A stretch of 64,000 nucleotides of DNA, taken from Vitrella brassicaformis CCMP3155. Taxonomy: Eukaryota; Protista; Chromerida. A model generated the notes under the pieces. That model made no database searches. It saw only the letters and a list, made by a program, of their open reading frames with translations, and was not told the origin of the DNA. Numbering within the stretch: position 1 is the stretch's first letter; the number at the start of each line of letters is the position of its first letter. Shown here in pieces: positions 1-12,193 of the stretch. The stretch covers positions 1 through 64,000 of the forward strand of contig CDMY01000850.1 in assembly GCA_001179505.1 (NCBI GenBank), written 5' to 3'. Position numbers and translations under genes: made by a program.

Positions 1-509
1 CAGACGTCCCTTTCTCGTTGCATGCGCAACAGGGGGGCCCGCCGCCGTCTCGCGGGATGAGGGTAGGTGGAGGGGGTTGGGTGTAGTCCGATACACGCCC
101 GCTCATCCGAAAAGGAGGAGAAACAGCCGAGAAATCACCAACTCAATCATGGGGGTAAGTAACCTCTAGTGGATCCTGAGTGAGGTCTTGTCATGTGTGT
201 CGCCAGGAAAATCATTGCTTGCATCGTCTGATTCGGGAAGGAGATCGGCAGCACAGTCCTTAGCGGGACGTTGTTTGTTGCTGATCGGTTCAACTCGCTG
301 TCCGACGGCAGTGTTTTGGTTTCGATTGTTGTCCGTCAGCCAATAGCAACGGCAACATGGCCCAGCAGGCGGAGCAGCGGTGCCTATTCTGCCTCAGTTC
401 ATGACGGACAACTTCGACAACATTCGGGCCTTGCAAGAAGGGGGATAGGGGAGAGGTGGCCGGCTCAAGCCAAGCCACATGCGGCGGCGCCCGACCTGAA
501 CCTGGCGGA

Positions 510-2117
510 AGCGGCCGAGGGCTTCGCTGTGCCAAGGGCGATTGACGTCGTCGTCAAGCTGGTATGTGCCATCGAGCGAGTCCTGCACCACGGAACATGC
601 ATGCGTGTGGGAATGCAATGATTCATAGTGTTTGTTTGTCCCTCATTTGCATGCAGAGTTATGGGCAGACCAACACGGCCATTCTCACAAGTAAGAGACC
701 TCGGCATGCACAAGACAGACGTACACACAGAAGCTACAGCGAAGCCACGCACACACATACAGACGGCCGTCTGCATTCAGGCGAGGCTACCATTTTGAGC
801 CGGCCTGCCATCGAAGCGTGCCCCAACCTGATGTCGCACTTCGGCTTTATGGTCATGCCGAGCGGGCCGTTCGGGAGCAAATAGTTCGGGAGGCTCCTCA
901 TGACTGCGGGTGGGCCAAGTCCGTCCAGGACCCCTGAGATCCCGCAAACGACCCTCACGCGGTTAGCACATACACACACATCCATACACATATACATATA
1001 CACCCACACACACTCTCCCTCTCTCACTCTCTGTCATCCCTGGCTGACTGCGTGTGTTAATTGATTTCCTTGTCTGTCTCTATTATTATGTGTATATGCT
1101 GCAGTGGGTGGGCGGGTGCGGCCAGTCGAGACGCGCAAACGGGCAGCAATGCAGCAGCAGGGAGTCTTTACTGCTGCTGAGTGCGCCCAGCGTAGTTACT
1201 GCACGGATTTCCGACTCACCGGACAGCGATGACTCAACCCTGTCCCCTCACTGCTCGGCACCAACTACGGCACGCAGGCGGACATCAGCGCCCTAGGGCA
1301 GACGTTGTTTTGGCTGCGGTACGGCTATGCGCCATTCGCGATGGTCGTCAACCCACACAACCGCCACGTAGACGATCTTCGCCACGACCATCCAGCCGCC
1401 CTGGTGGACATGATACGGGTATACGGCGAGCCGATAGCGGACGGAGTGTGGCCTGCTGGAGCATACGGGCTGGCGGGACAGACAGTGGTATGTGAGTCAG
1501 TCAGCAGCAAGGGAGGGGGTGAGCAAATTGGGGGTGAGGGAGGAAAGGAACCCAGTGTTACCGACTTTTCTTTGTCTGTCTGTCTGCCTGTCTGCCTGTG
1601 TGCCTGTCTGTGTGTGTGTGTGTGTGTGTGTGACGTGCAAGGCACCCAAGAAGTTCCCAAACGCCGCTCGCAAGGTAGGCAGATGGGCACACACATCCAT
1701 TCATTTGCTTTCGCACGCCGTGTGTCGCTTTGTGTTGTGTAGGTCTGGGTGGCGAAGCAGAAGCCTGCCGCCGAGGTCGCAGTGAAAGGAATACTCACGC
1801 ACAGAGAAGGGGGACTCGTCCGTGTGTAAATGCACACCCCCTTTTTGTCTGCAGGCCGTCCATCGCTGCTTACATTTTATATTCGCTCGACATCTTTTCC
1901 CCTCCGCCACGTGTCTCCTCTGTGGAGCTGTGCTGTCGCTCTCATTTTCGAATCCATCTGGTACGTACAAATCCAGCCTTCGTCTGCAGATTCTCCTGAC
2001 TCTCTTGCCCCCAATTTGGCGTCTCCTGAGAGGGCTCAGGAGAACTGGCTCAACAACGAGGAGATCAAGGCTCCGACGAACACACTCAGATGCAGCCGTG
2101 CCGGACTTCTCTTGTAG
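510..2117 (+). pseudogene. Degenerate protein kinase-like locus (spliced, internal stops)
   Basis: Frame at 1203-1340 reads TDFRLTGQR*LNPVPSLLGTNYGTQADISALGQTLFWLRYGYAPF, resembling kinase subdomains VII-IX (DFG...APE...YG..ADIWSLG...G..PF) with a TGA at 1230. Upstream pieces DVVVKLV (~545) and EATILSR..CPNLM (~783) resemble the N-lobe; stop at 882-884. Boundaries approximate. Confidence 0.5.
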
Positions 2118-2587
2118 CGCTTGAATTGCTGCCTGCATTTCCCGCGCATGATTTAGACGGTCCCGCCATCTGCGCATCGAAGGTGAGCTGTCAAGGCAGA
2201 CTGATTGACTCCGTATACGTGTTTCGCGTCTGTGTGTGCAGAGCGATCGCTGTCTACACCTCATCCCTGTTCAAGATTGGCTGCTGTGCATCGGTGACTT
2301 TATTCCCGGCGGCCCCAAAGGTCCGTAAGTGAGGGAGACACAAAATAAGAGAATCATGAATGTTTCTTCATGTCTCCTTACCTCTCTGTTTGCCTTCGCA
2401 TATTTGGCCGCTTCGGCGGCCACCGAGAGATCTACCAAGTGCCGCCTGGCAGTCACCGAGGTTGGCGTTTGTCAAGTTTACAGATGTGAGACGATGATAC
2501 ATACATGTAGGTACACAAAGAGACTGACAGACAGACAGACAAAGAGAGAGACCTTACAGACAACGCAAATTGTCTGTGTGGGTTGTG

Positions 2588-3979
2588 TGTATGCAGGTCG
2601 GTTCGGCCCCTGCTGGTGCTGGCGGCCCTGGGAAGACCTCCACTCCGACGCCTGCTCCCATATTTCGCACATGCATGCCTGATGAATCACTGTTTCTGTT
2701 TGCACAGGACTTTCCGGCCCTCCCTGGCGGCAAGACGGCAAAGAAGAACGACACCGCGCAGGTACACAACTGCTGAACACGTGAGCACACACAGCAGACA
2801 CCCATGTAGCATATGTGCCCCTCACTGCAGGACGACAAGGCGTTGGTCGAGCCGAGCTGGAAGACAAAGATACCCGTGGGACGCACCAACAAGGTGCAAA
2901 GGAAAACAAAGACCTGTGCACATCGGTGCATGATCGACACAGAGACATTTGTGCATTTTTGTCTATGACCAGGTCCGTCCGCAGAAAAAGCACGTCCACC
3001 ACCACCACCGCCACAACAACGACAAGGTGCGCAGAACATCCTTCCCCACCCCCAACACATGCCACACATTGCCTGCATATGTATCTCTGTTTGAATCTCG
3101 TGTGTGTAGAACATCGAGTGCTTCTGGTGCCAGCAGCGGGGCCACAAGATACGCCATTTCCCTGAGCTGCTGGCACTGCCCGCGGATGTGCGGCGGGCAG
3201 TGCTGGGCTGAGGCCCCCACACCAGACCACTGCACGTGGTCGCAATCGTCGCTGTCAGCAGTCGCGCTCGAAGCAGGTATGCGAAGCAGGGAAGAGCGAG
3301 GGATGTCAGGAGCCATTCGTGGCTGTGCTATGATCTTTTGATCTTTCACAGCAGGGCATGTCAGGAGCCGGCTCGCCCATAGCGAGCACGAAAAGCGGTT
3401 CTGAGAAGGTGCGCAGAGTGACACGCATGTGCGCATACAGATGCCTGCACGTCTGTCTGTGTTCGTGTGTGTCTTCCCAGGAGTTCAACAAGAAGCCGGT
3501 CAAGGTTTGGGTCCCGAAGGAGCCGGTCACGGTCAGCCCAGAGAAGGCGTGGAGGGTCATGTATGTGTGTTGTGTGTGTGTGTGTGTGTGTGTCGTGCAT
3601 GCAGCCTGTGATAGCTGGTTCCAAGGATCTGGACAAGGTGAGCGCAATGCACGCGTGCTTCACACATGGATGTGTCGACGAATCACTGCTGTGTTTCCGT
3701 CTTGTGTGTGTTGACCTCACAGGGGTTTCCGGCACTTCCGGGCGCCAAGACGGCCATCGAGCAAGAGACCACTGAACTCACACAGCAGACACGCATGTGG
3801 CGTTTATGTGCACCTCTCAGGACGAGAAGGCCTTTGTCGAGTCGAGGATGTGTGTGTCACCGCAGAAGGCAAGACAGAGCAGGAGATCAAGGCCATCATG
3901 CTCTATCGTATGACCCTCCTGCAGCCCGACATGCAGGTGTCTGCGGAGGAGGTGGACTTCTTCCACCGGTATGCAATCA

Positions 3980-4017
<38 letters not shown>

Positions 4018-4330
4018 CATGGACATATACAAAACGTGTCTCTCGTTTCAGCGCCCTGTACCCGGATCCGGCTCTGCGCTGGGACGCCGACCAGCTCTTT
4101 GCCCACCCGTGGATCGCACCCGTCCCTGCCCCTGCCCCTGCTGCCGTGCACCGCCGCATGCAGCTATCCAGCAGGAGATCGACAGCACCAACTACAAAAC
4201 TGTGACGGCACAGGCGGCGGCGAGCAACTTGAAGAGGCAGCGAGAGGCCCTGGAGACCGTGGACGCCACCGGTGACGTTGAGATGGGCGGCCAGGTGTTG
4301 AGGAAGTGTCGGCGTCTGTTGCATGGCAAC
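2588..4330 (+). pseudogene. Decayed or chimeric locus: degenerate CCHC zinc knuckle plus kinase C-terminal tail
   Basis: Short GT-AG exons. Exon at 3110 reads NIECFWCQQRGHKIRHF (CX2CX4HX4 with last Cys replaced by Phe), stop at 3209. Exons at ~3880-4115 read EVDFFHR|ALYPDPALRWDADQLFAHPWIA (kinase subdomain XI-like), followed by a frame change. Could be two separate remnants. Confidence 0.4.
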
Positions 4331-6294
4331 TGGCCACGCTTTTTTATGTTCCTAATTGCATCTGCCCTGTATGTCATTCGTTTCGCTTTCTACTAGCACC
4401 AGGGCACATAATGGCTGGCTGTGTTGGGTCGTGTACAATACATGGACGTATGCGTAGGTCTGCCAGTGGGGAGAGGCAGAAGCTGAGGGGAGAGAAGGTC
4501 GGCTCGTACGTTGGCATCACGGCAGAGGACGCCGTTGTTGTTCTGTGTTCAGTTTGTCGTTGGGATCGATTGCTGCCTGCATTCTATATTTGCGTGTCTC
4601 TTCACTTAGGGAAGGGTGAAAGGAAGGACAAAGGGACGGACGGGGGAAGGGTGGTGAGTGTCAAGTGCTGCGGCCGGCCGGGGGGGCAGGCGGGCGGGCG
4701 AAAGAGATAGAGTAAGGCACACATCGAGCCTAGCTGAGGAGTTGAGAGCGATCGTTTTGTTCCTTATTTGAGAGGGTGTTTGTGGGAGGGACCCGGTGGG
4801 CGGGTGGGCGGACAGGGAGAGGGACAGACAGACCGAGAGAGGGAGACCCCTGTGTGTGCCGTGTATGTGTGTGTGCCGTGTATGTGTGCATTATGATGTT
4901 GTACATGTGAAGCATTGGATGGACAGAGTGCCCCTCGGGTCTCGCATACATGGTTCTGTCTCATTGTGTGCGTCTCAATGAATGCACTGATGCGGTCGTT
5001 CAATCAATTGGCTGGCAACCGAAAAATCGACCGTCACTGAAAAAGAAAGCATCCATGGCATGCAGCTGCTGAGAACGGGGAGAGGGGAGGGAGGGAGGGG
5101 GGGAGAAAGGGGGCAGGTCATATGCGCTATGTCTCTTTCGAGTGCTTGCGCGTGTGTCGTCGATCCAGCATCCATCCAAATTGCGTGCCCTCTCTCACTG
5201 AGAGAGGGCACTCCACACTCTCTGTGCCTGTCTCATTGTCGGCTCCCCTCTTGTTTGTTTCACACAGACCAAACAGCTCACAGGTGTAAGAGCTGTATAT
5301 AAAAATGAGAGAAGGCCCGCTCGCTCGGTCAGGGACGGAGGGAGGGGTGGGCGGATGGGCTGAGCTGCAGATCTGCAGCTCATTCGCTCACTCAACTCAG
5401 CCACGCACCCCTCCATGGCATGTCTGTCTGTCTGTCTGTCTGTGTGGTGTGGTGTGGTGTGGTATCTACACAGTGTAGGCACGCATCAGGATGTGTAGAG
5501 GAGAGACGAGAGGAGAGAAAACGCACGCTCACTCACTCTCTCTGCTGACCGACATTGCGCAGGGCTGACCCTCATCTCATTTCTCTCACAATCCTACTTA
5601 AGGCCGTACATGAAGGCATCAAGGAAGGGGGCAGGCAATATGCGCATCATTGGACTAGGCTGAGTAGAAAGGAAGGTGCGAAAAATCAATCTTCTCAAGA
5701 GAGATTTTACTCCACACGCAGCCAAGCTGAACAGCCTGGCAATCAGTGGCCTGCCTGCCTGCCTGGATGTGTCGCCGATGACGCCACAGTCTACCAACCT
5801 CACCCGCCCACTCACTGATTGATACACACCCACAGCCGAAACACTCTCTCACACACAGATAGACACACACACACACACACACACACAGATCCATCCATCC
5901 ATCCACTCACAGACATTCACACGGCCCGCCCCATTCACCGCTGTCTGTACAAAGAGAGGCACTGTCTATCTTACGAACCTACGAAGCGAAAAGAACCCAA
6001 CCCGCCCCGCCCCACCCCTTCCAGCCATCCAAGAGCTAGCTACACCATTCAGTGTAAGGCCAGGCGGGGGTCCCTCCCGCCACCACACACATCACATCAC
6101 ATCACACACGCAGTGTGTGCCGGTGCAATTCAGTACCGCACTGCACACACGGGGGTGGTGGTCACCCCTTCCGCCCCTCTCCCTCCCTCCCTCCCTCTCT
6201 CCAAGAAGCGCAATACGGAAAACAACTGGCCAAGCCAGACAGGTAGGTAGTACAGCCGCCACTGTATACAGATCTCTCGCACACGGCCGCCCGC

Positions 6295-8268
6295 CTAGCC
6301 CATGATAGGGACGGTTTTCCTGAGAGAGAGATGCAAAGACACACACATCGCCGGCCAGTGCTAGGGGCGATCCGTCTTTGTGTTGTGGTGTTTTTTTTCG
6401 CGTGTGTGTCCGTCCGTACATGTCTACTAGCCGCTTGACGGTGTTGACGATGTGCGGGGAGTTCAAGCCAGCCTGAAGGACACACATAACACAGACAGCA
6501 GATGTGGTTGGCGATGGGCAGTGGGTGTCTGTGTCGCTGCTTACGTCATCGTATTGCTCATGTTGGCTGCCAGCTTCAATAAACCGGTCAGGCAACACCA
6601 GAGGACGCACCTGACGCACACACACACACACACACACATATGCAGAGAGCCCTCCCTCCCACCCTTCCCCCCAACCCCTCATCCCATCCACTACCCACCT
6701 TGCATCTGCCGTCGTCAAGAAGCCCATCCAGAGCCATAAAGTGCAAAACATGGTCGCCAAACCCGCCCACCGACCCCTCCTCAACCGTCACCATCGCTCG
6801 GTGTGTCCTGGCCAGCCGCCTGATGAGGTCGATGTCCAGCGGCCGCATAAATCGCGCATCCGCCACGGTCACACCGAGGTCGGGGTTCTCGCTCTCGAGA
6901 GCATGGGCGGCCTCGATGGCCGCGCTGAGCCGCGTGCCGATAGAGAGGATGGCAACCTGATGGGTGGGTTGATGTCACATGAGAGGGGTGAGGGGATGCA
7001 TAACCAGGTTTTGTCGTGGGAAGGAGTCTATGTGTGTGTGTGGGGGGGGGGGGGGGGGGGGGGGGNNNNNNNNNNNNNNNNNNNNNNNNNNNNNNNNNNN
7101 NNNNNNNNNNNNNNNNNNNNNNNNNNNNNNNNNNNNNNNNNNNNNNNNNNNNNNNNNNNNNNNNNNNNNNNNNNNNNNNNNNNNNNNNNNNNNNNNNNNN
7201 NNNNNNNNNNNNNNNNNNNNNNNNNNNNNNNNNNNNNNNNNNNNNNNNNNNNNNNNNNNNNNNNNNNNNNNNNNNNNNNNNNNNNNNNNNNNNNNNNNNN
7301 NNNNNNNNNNNNNNNNNNNNNNNNNNNNNNNNNNNNNNNNNNNNNNNNNNNNNNNNNNNNNNNNNGGGGGGGTACCTTGCTGGGAGCGTCTTCGTTGGCC
7401 TCTTTGATGATGCGTCCCTTGCCGATGGGCACTGCAGTGCCCTTGGTGGGCATCTCGTCCAACCCATAGCTGAGATACAATCGATGGATGGATGGCACCA
7501 CATGGCCCACAGACGGCGGGGGCGAGATGCCCAGCGTGTTTCTTCCTCACTTGAAGTGTTTGTTGAGGTACTCCAGGCCATATCCGTTGCCGCGAGGATA
7601 CCGCACGGCCGACGGCTTGTCATCGATCTCATATGCAGTCTGATCCGCACACACACGCACACACACACGGGCGTGCACATTCGCGTGTGCCGTTGTCACA
7701 GGCAGTGCAGTGGCTGTAGAGGTCAGCACTGACCTGGATGTGGTTCATGAGTTCGACCTCATCGCTGGGGGCCATGATAACCAGGTCGGGCAGAGTGCCC
7801 AGGTAGGCCAGGTCGAAGGAGCCGTGGTGCGTCGCACCGTCGGCGCCCACCAACCCGGCACGATCCAAAATAAACCTGCAAAACACAGAGGTGGAGGGTG
7901 TGCATTCCAATCTACAGAAGCGGGTGCAGGGTTGTGGCGTGGCGTACCTGACGGGCAGCCTTTGGAGGACGCAGTCGTGTATGACCTGGTCGTATGCCCT
8001 CTGCAGGAAGGTCGAGTAGATGGCGCAGAAGGGCTTGATGCCCTCACACGCCAACCCAGCCGCAAAAGTCACCGCATGCTGCACACCACACAGGATAGGC
8101 ACAAATCAATCAGATGCCACCCACCCACCCACACAACACATGTGCAGCGTGTTTGTCTCACCTGCTCGGCGATGCCGACATCGAAGGTCCTCTGGGGGAA
8201 CTTCTTGGCGAACTGCGCAACACCCGTCCCGCCAGGCATCGCAGCCGTTATCGCAACCTAAACACACG

Positions 8269-8300
<32 letters not shown>

Positions 8301-9861
8301 CCGATCGATGACGTCCCTCACACCACACCACACCCAGGGCAGCGCAACCATACCACTTTGGGGTCCTCTGCAGCGAGTCCAATCAAGGTGTCTGCAAAAA
8401 TTGAGGTGTAGCTGGGGGCGACCGTCTTGGGCTTGTGCTGCTTCCCGGTGGCGATGTCGAAGGGCCCCACGCCGTGCATCTTGTCGGACGCCTTCATTGC
8501 CGGAGGGTAGCCATACCCCTTGTCGGTCTTGACGTGCAGCACGATCGGCTTGGTCGTGTCGGTCGTCTTGAAGTTACGCAGGATCGGCACCAGGTTGTCC
8601 AGGTCGTGGCCGTCGACTGGACCGACGTAGTAGAAACCAAGCTCCTCGAACAGGGTGGCACGCTCGCCGCTGACGAAACCACGCGCGTACTCGTCGAGAC
8701 GCGCACTCACATCCTACACACACACACACGTGGATGATGCAGGCACACACACACACAGATAGAGAGAGAGAGAGAGAGGGGTGTGTGGGGAAGGGGAGTG
8801 TTTCGTACCTGGATTGGTTCAGGGAAGAGTTTAGAGAAGCCTTTGGCGACCTCACGGAAGTTCTTAAACCGCTGAGACGACAGCAGGCGGGCCGTGTAGC
8901 CCGACAAGGCACCGGCCGGGTCAGTGCCGCCTGCAAATGAAGGAAGCATCAAGACACACACTGGGTGCCCGCTGTCCGTCTGTCCGTCTGTCTGTCTGTC
9001 TGACCAGCTGAGGCAGTGCCGGTGGGCAGCGAAACCTGTCCGTTGTCGTTGAGGATGACAATCATGCGTGACTTGAGGTACCCGCAGTTGTTCATGGCCT
9101 CGTACGCCATTCCGCCGGTGATGGCGCCATCCCCGATAACCGCCACGCAGTTGTTCCTCTTCTTGAACTGCAGGCTCCGCCCCACTGACATGCCCTGCGC
9201 GGCGCTGATGGAGGTCGACGAGTGGCCCGCACCGAAGGCGTCAAAGGGCGACTCGGACCGCTTGGCAAACCCCGACAGGCCGTCCTTCTTCCTTATCGTC
9301 AACATGCGATCCCGCCGACCTGTCAGGATCTGAACAGACTCAGACAGACAGACAGACAGACAGACAGACAGGCAGGGAGACAGTGAGTGTCTGAAGGTCA
9401 GTCATGTGTCGTGTCCGTGTGTGGAAGGGTGTACCGACCTTGTGGCAGTAGGCTTGGTGGCTGACGTCCCAGACAATGCGGTCATCTGGCGCGTCGAACA
9501 CGTGGTGCAGCGCTACCGTCAGCTCCACCACGCCGAGCGATGCGCTGAGGTGGCCGCCCGTCTGTGACACCGTCTTGATGACCTCCCACCTGACCTCATT
9601 CGCCAGCTGCTTAAGCTCCGGCAGCGACATGCCCGTCATGTCAGAGGGCGACCGCACTCGGTCCAGGAGGGGCGTGGAGTGCGGCATGTGGAATGACGCC
9701 GAGTGGGGGGAGGCGGATGCATGGACGGCAGTCCGCCGCTGTAGGCGCGGCTGCTGGGTCCTCGAGGGAGCGGGGGAAAGCGGCGGGGTGGTGTGGGGGA
9801 CGAAGCATTGTGCCACGCTGACGAGGAGGGCGATGGTGAAGAGAAGGATGGAGGCCTCCAT
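6295..9861 (-). CDS. DXS: 1-deoxy-D-xylulose-5-phosphate synthase, plastid-targeted (MEP pathway), multi-exon
   Basis: Motifs [46 protein letters not shown]-binding [71 protein letters not shown]. Leader [22 protein letters not shown] is a signal peptide followed by a transit-like region. Last exon inferred (…VDMKTVPIMG*, stop at 6295). Confidence 0.97.
7066..7365. other. Assembly gap (300 N) inside a DXS intron
   Basis: N run flanked by poly-G; DXS exons on either side appear contiguous in protein sequence. Confidence 0.99.
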
Positions 9862-10080
9862 CGTCAAAGTCAAGCGGCGGTGTCTTCCTCCCTTCCACAC
9901 TGGTGCAGCTAACTGCAGACAGACTCGATTGCTGAAGGAAAGAGGACGGCGCTAAGGCATGCAGTGTGCACGCACACCTGCTCAGCGGGACAAGCCTCAA
10001 ACACGCGGATCTGATCTGCGTCCAGTGGTGCGAGCTTAGCCGGCCGAGGGAAGATCCCGCAACCATCTTTCGTTCGAAGC

Positions 10081-12193
10081 ATGGCGTCACCGCCAAGCCA
10101 CCTCTGTGTGTGGATCTTCCCGTTATGCGTCGTTTGGTTATTGCTCTTGGCCACACACCTGTCCGCCTTCGCGCCGCCTTCAGCCGCGCAGACACGGCAG
10201 CCTCTCCTACACAGGAGGACACACCTACAGGAGCCGCTCCGCCACGGCCACGGCCACCCAGCAGCTGATTTTAATGGCCCCTCAGGAGGCAGGCGGCACG
10301 TGCATGTCGAGACGGCCCTGAGCGCGTCCGCCAGTGGTGCTGCTGCCGCGGAGGAGGCCGGCGATGCAGAGAGGCGAGGGGAGGTTGACCGCCTACTGAA
10401 CGTGCTGGAGGACGGGGCGCTTTTCAAGAACGTCAGTGCGCCGCTGATCTTCGACGCGCTGTCGCAGGTGGAGCGGCAGACGTCTGTGGGTGAGGCGTTC
10501 GTGTCTGACCGTGCCAGCGAGGTGTCTGGCGGGCCGCTGGGCCACCAGGGCGGGCAGGCCATCGACGACCAGACCTTCTCCGTCATCTACACCAACACGA
10601 CGTGGCTGCCCTTCATGAGAGGATACCTGTCGGTGCCGGCCACTGCGCGTCTCACGTGGGTCGAGGACACCCAGTTTGAGCTCAAGCTCATCCCCACCAG
10701 CACCACCAGGCAGCCGGAGCACGTCGTCAACATCCACCAGGTGCGATGCCTCATGTATGAGCCCGTCAACGGCGTCCTGGCGCTGGCCACCTTCGAGAAC
10801 ACCCCCTCGTTCTTTCTCCTGAGGCGGAAGGATGCTACCCTCGATGACCTGGTCGTCTCACTGGGCGGCCCCGTGCAGTTCGAGAAGATCGCCGAGCAGG
10901 TGCTGACGGACTCGCTCGTCGCCGCCATGGACAGTGACACTGACACTCTGGCCTCCTCTGCCTCTGCCTCTGCCTCTGCTGCTGGTGGGGGGAAGGGGGA
11001 TGCATCGCGAGAGGGGGAGAGGGAGGAGGAGGGCACTCCGGCGGCGGTGCTGCGTGCGACCAAGTACGTGGAGGATGCGGTGAGGTTCCGCGACGCCCAG
11101 TGGAAGGGCGACAAGGTGGTGGCGCATTTGAAGGTCATCGAGAGCTACAACGAGGACCAACGGAGGAGGAAGGCAGAGAGGGAAGCGGCAGCAGCAGCAG
11201 CAGGGGCGTACGAGGCGCCTTCCCCGCCTTCGCCGGAGATGGCCTTCTTCAGCCGAGTGGTCAACAAGCTGATCGAGGACTCGGCAGCAGAGGGGTGGTT
11301 CTGTGTGGGCGCTCTCCGCGACTGCCCCCTCTCCACAGAGGCTGCCGACACCTCCACCCCCACATCCATATCCACATCCACAGAGACCAGCGACAGCATT
11401 CCTCCTTCCCGCGCCCTCTCGTGGCCGTTCTTCGCCGCTTTGCCGGTCTTCGGCATGGGCGTGCGGTTTGACGTGTCGATGGAGGAGGAGGAGGAGGGTG
11501 TCGAAGAAGCGGCGGATGGTGCTGATGATCCGCTGGTGAGGCTGCAGATGAAGACGCCCTCGTGGCTGCCTCCGTCTGACGTGACGGGTCGGGTGGTGCT
11601 GGGGTCGAATGGCAACCTCGCCATTCATGTGGACGGGGGGTACCTCCTCTTCAGAAACGTCCGATTGGTGAGGGAGTGGGTGGGTGGGCCGGCAACGAGG
11701 GATGGGGTCATGGGTGTCAGGCCAGGCTGATGACGTGTGTGTGTGTGTCTTATCTGTCATGGTTGTGCAGGAGCGTCTCCGTCGCCACGCGAATGCGCGC
11801 CGTTACGCGCAGGAGATCATGGATCTGGAGGCCAAGGACCGAGTCTACACACAGAGGGACAACCTAGCAGGTCACTTAGCCCGGGCACCCACAGCAAACA
11901 CAGCACTCACACACCCAGACACAGACCCACACATGTCTTGTTTGTTGGCGTGTGTCCACCAGGGTACCGGTCGACCCGTGCCGCATGGGAGAAGGCCCTC
12001 GAGAAGCTGGACGAGCGGCTGGGGACGTCGTTCGCGCGGTCGCAGCAGCTGCTGGAGGTGGCGCCCTTCCTCCCCATCATCCTCGTGGGGCTGCTCATAT
12101 CGGCACAGGTGGCCGACAAGACCATCATAGAGAAGCTCCTCTCGCCCAAGGAACTGCCCCTCTATCGCATGTTCGACGACTCACTTCACCTAT
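10081..12193 (+). CDS. Hypothetical plastid-targeted protein with C-terminal hydrophobic segment, about 3 exons
   Basis: 549-aa ORF starting MASPPSHLCVWIFPLCVVWLLLLATHLSA-FAPPS (signal peptide plus SAFAP motif). Further exons ~11772-11870 and ~11962-12193 end FLPIILVGLLISAQVA...DDSLHL*. Confidence 0.75.

Noticed and set aside
6741-7732. Long ORFs containing X runs (also around 16.0-16.4 kb and 54.8-55.4 kb)
   Set aside because: Artefacts of reading through N gaps.
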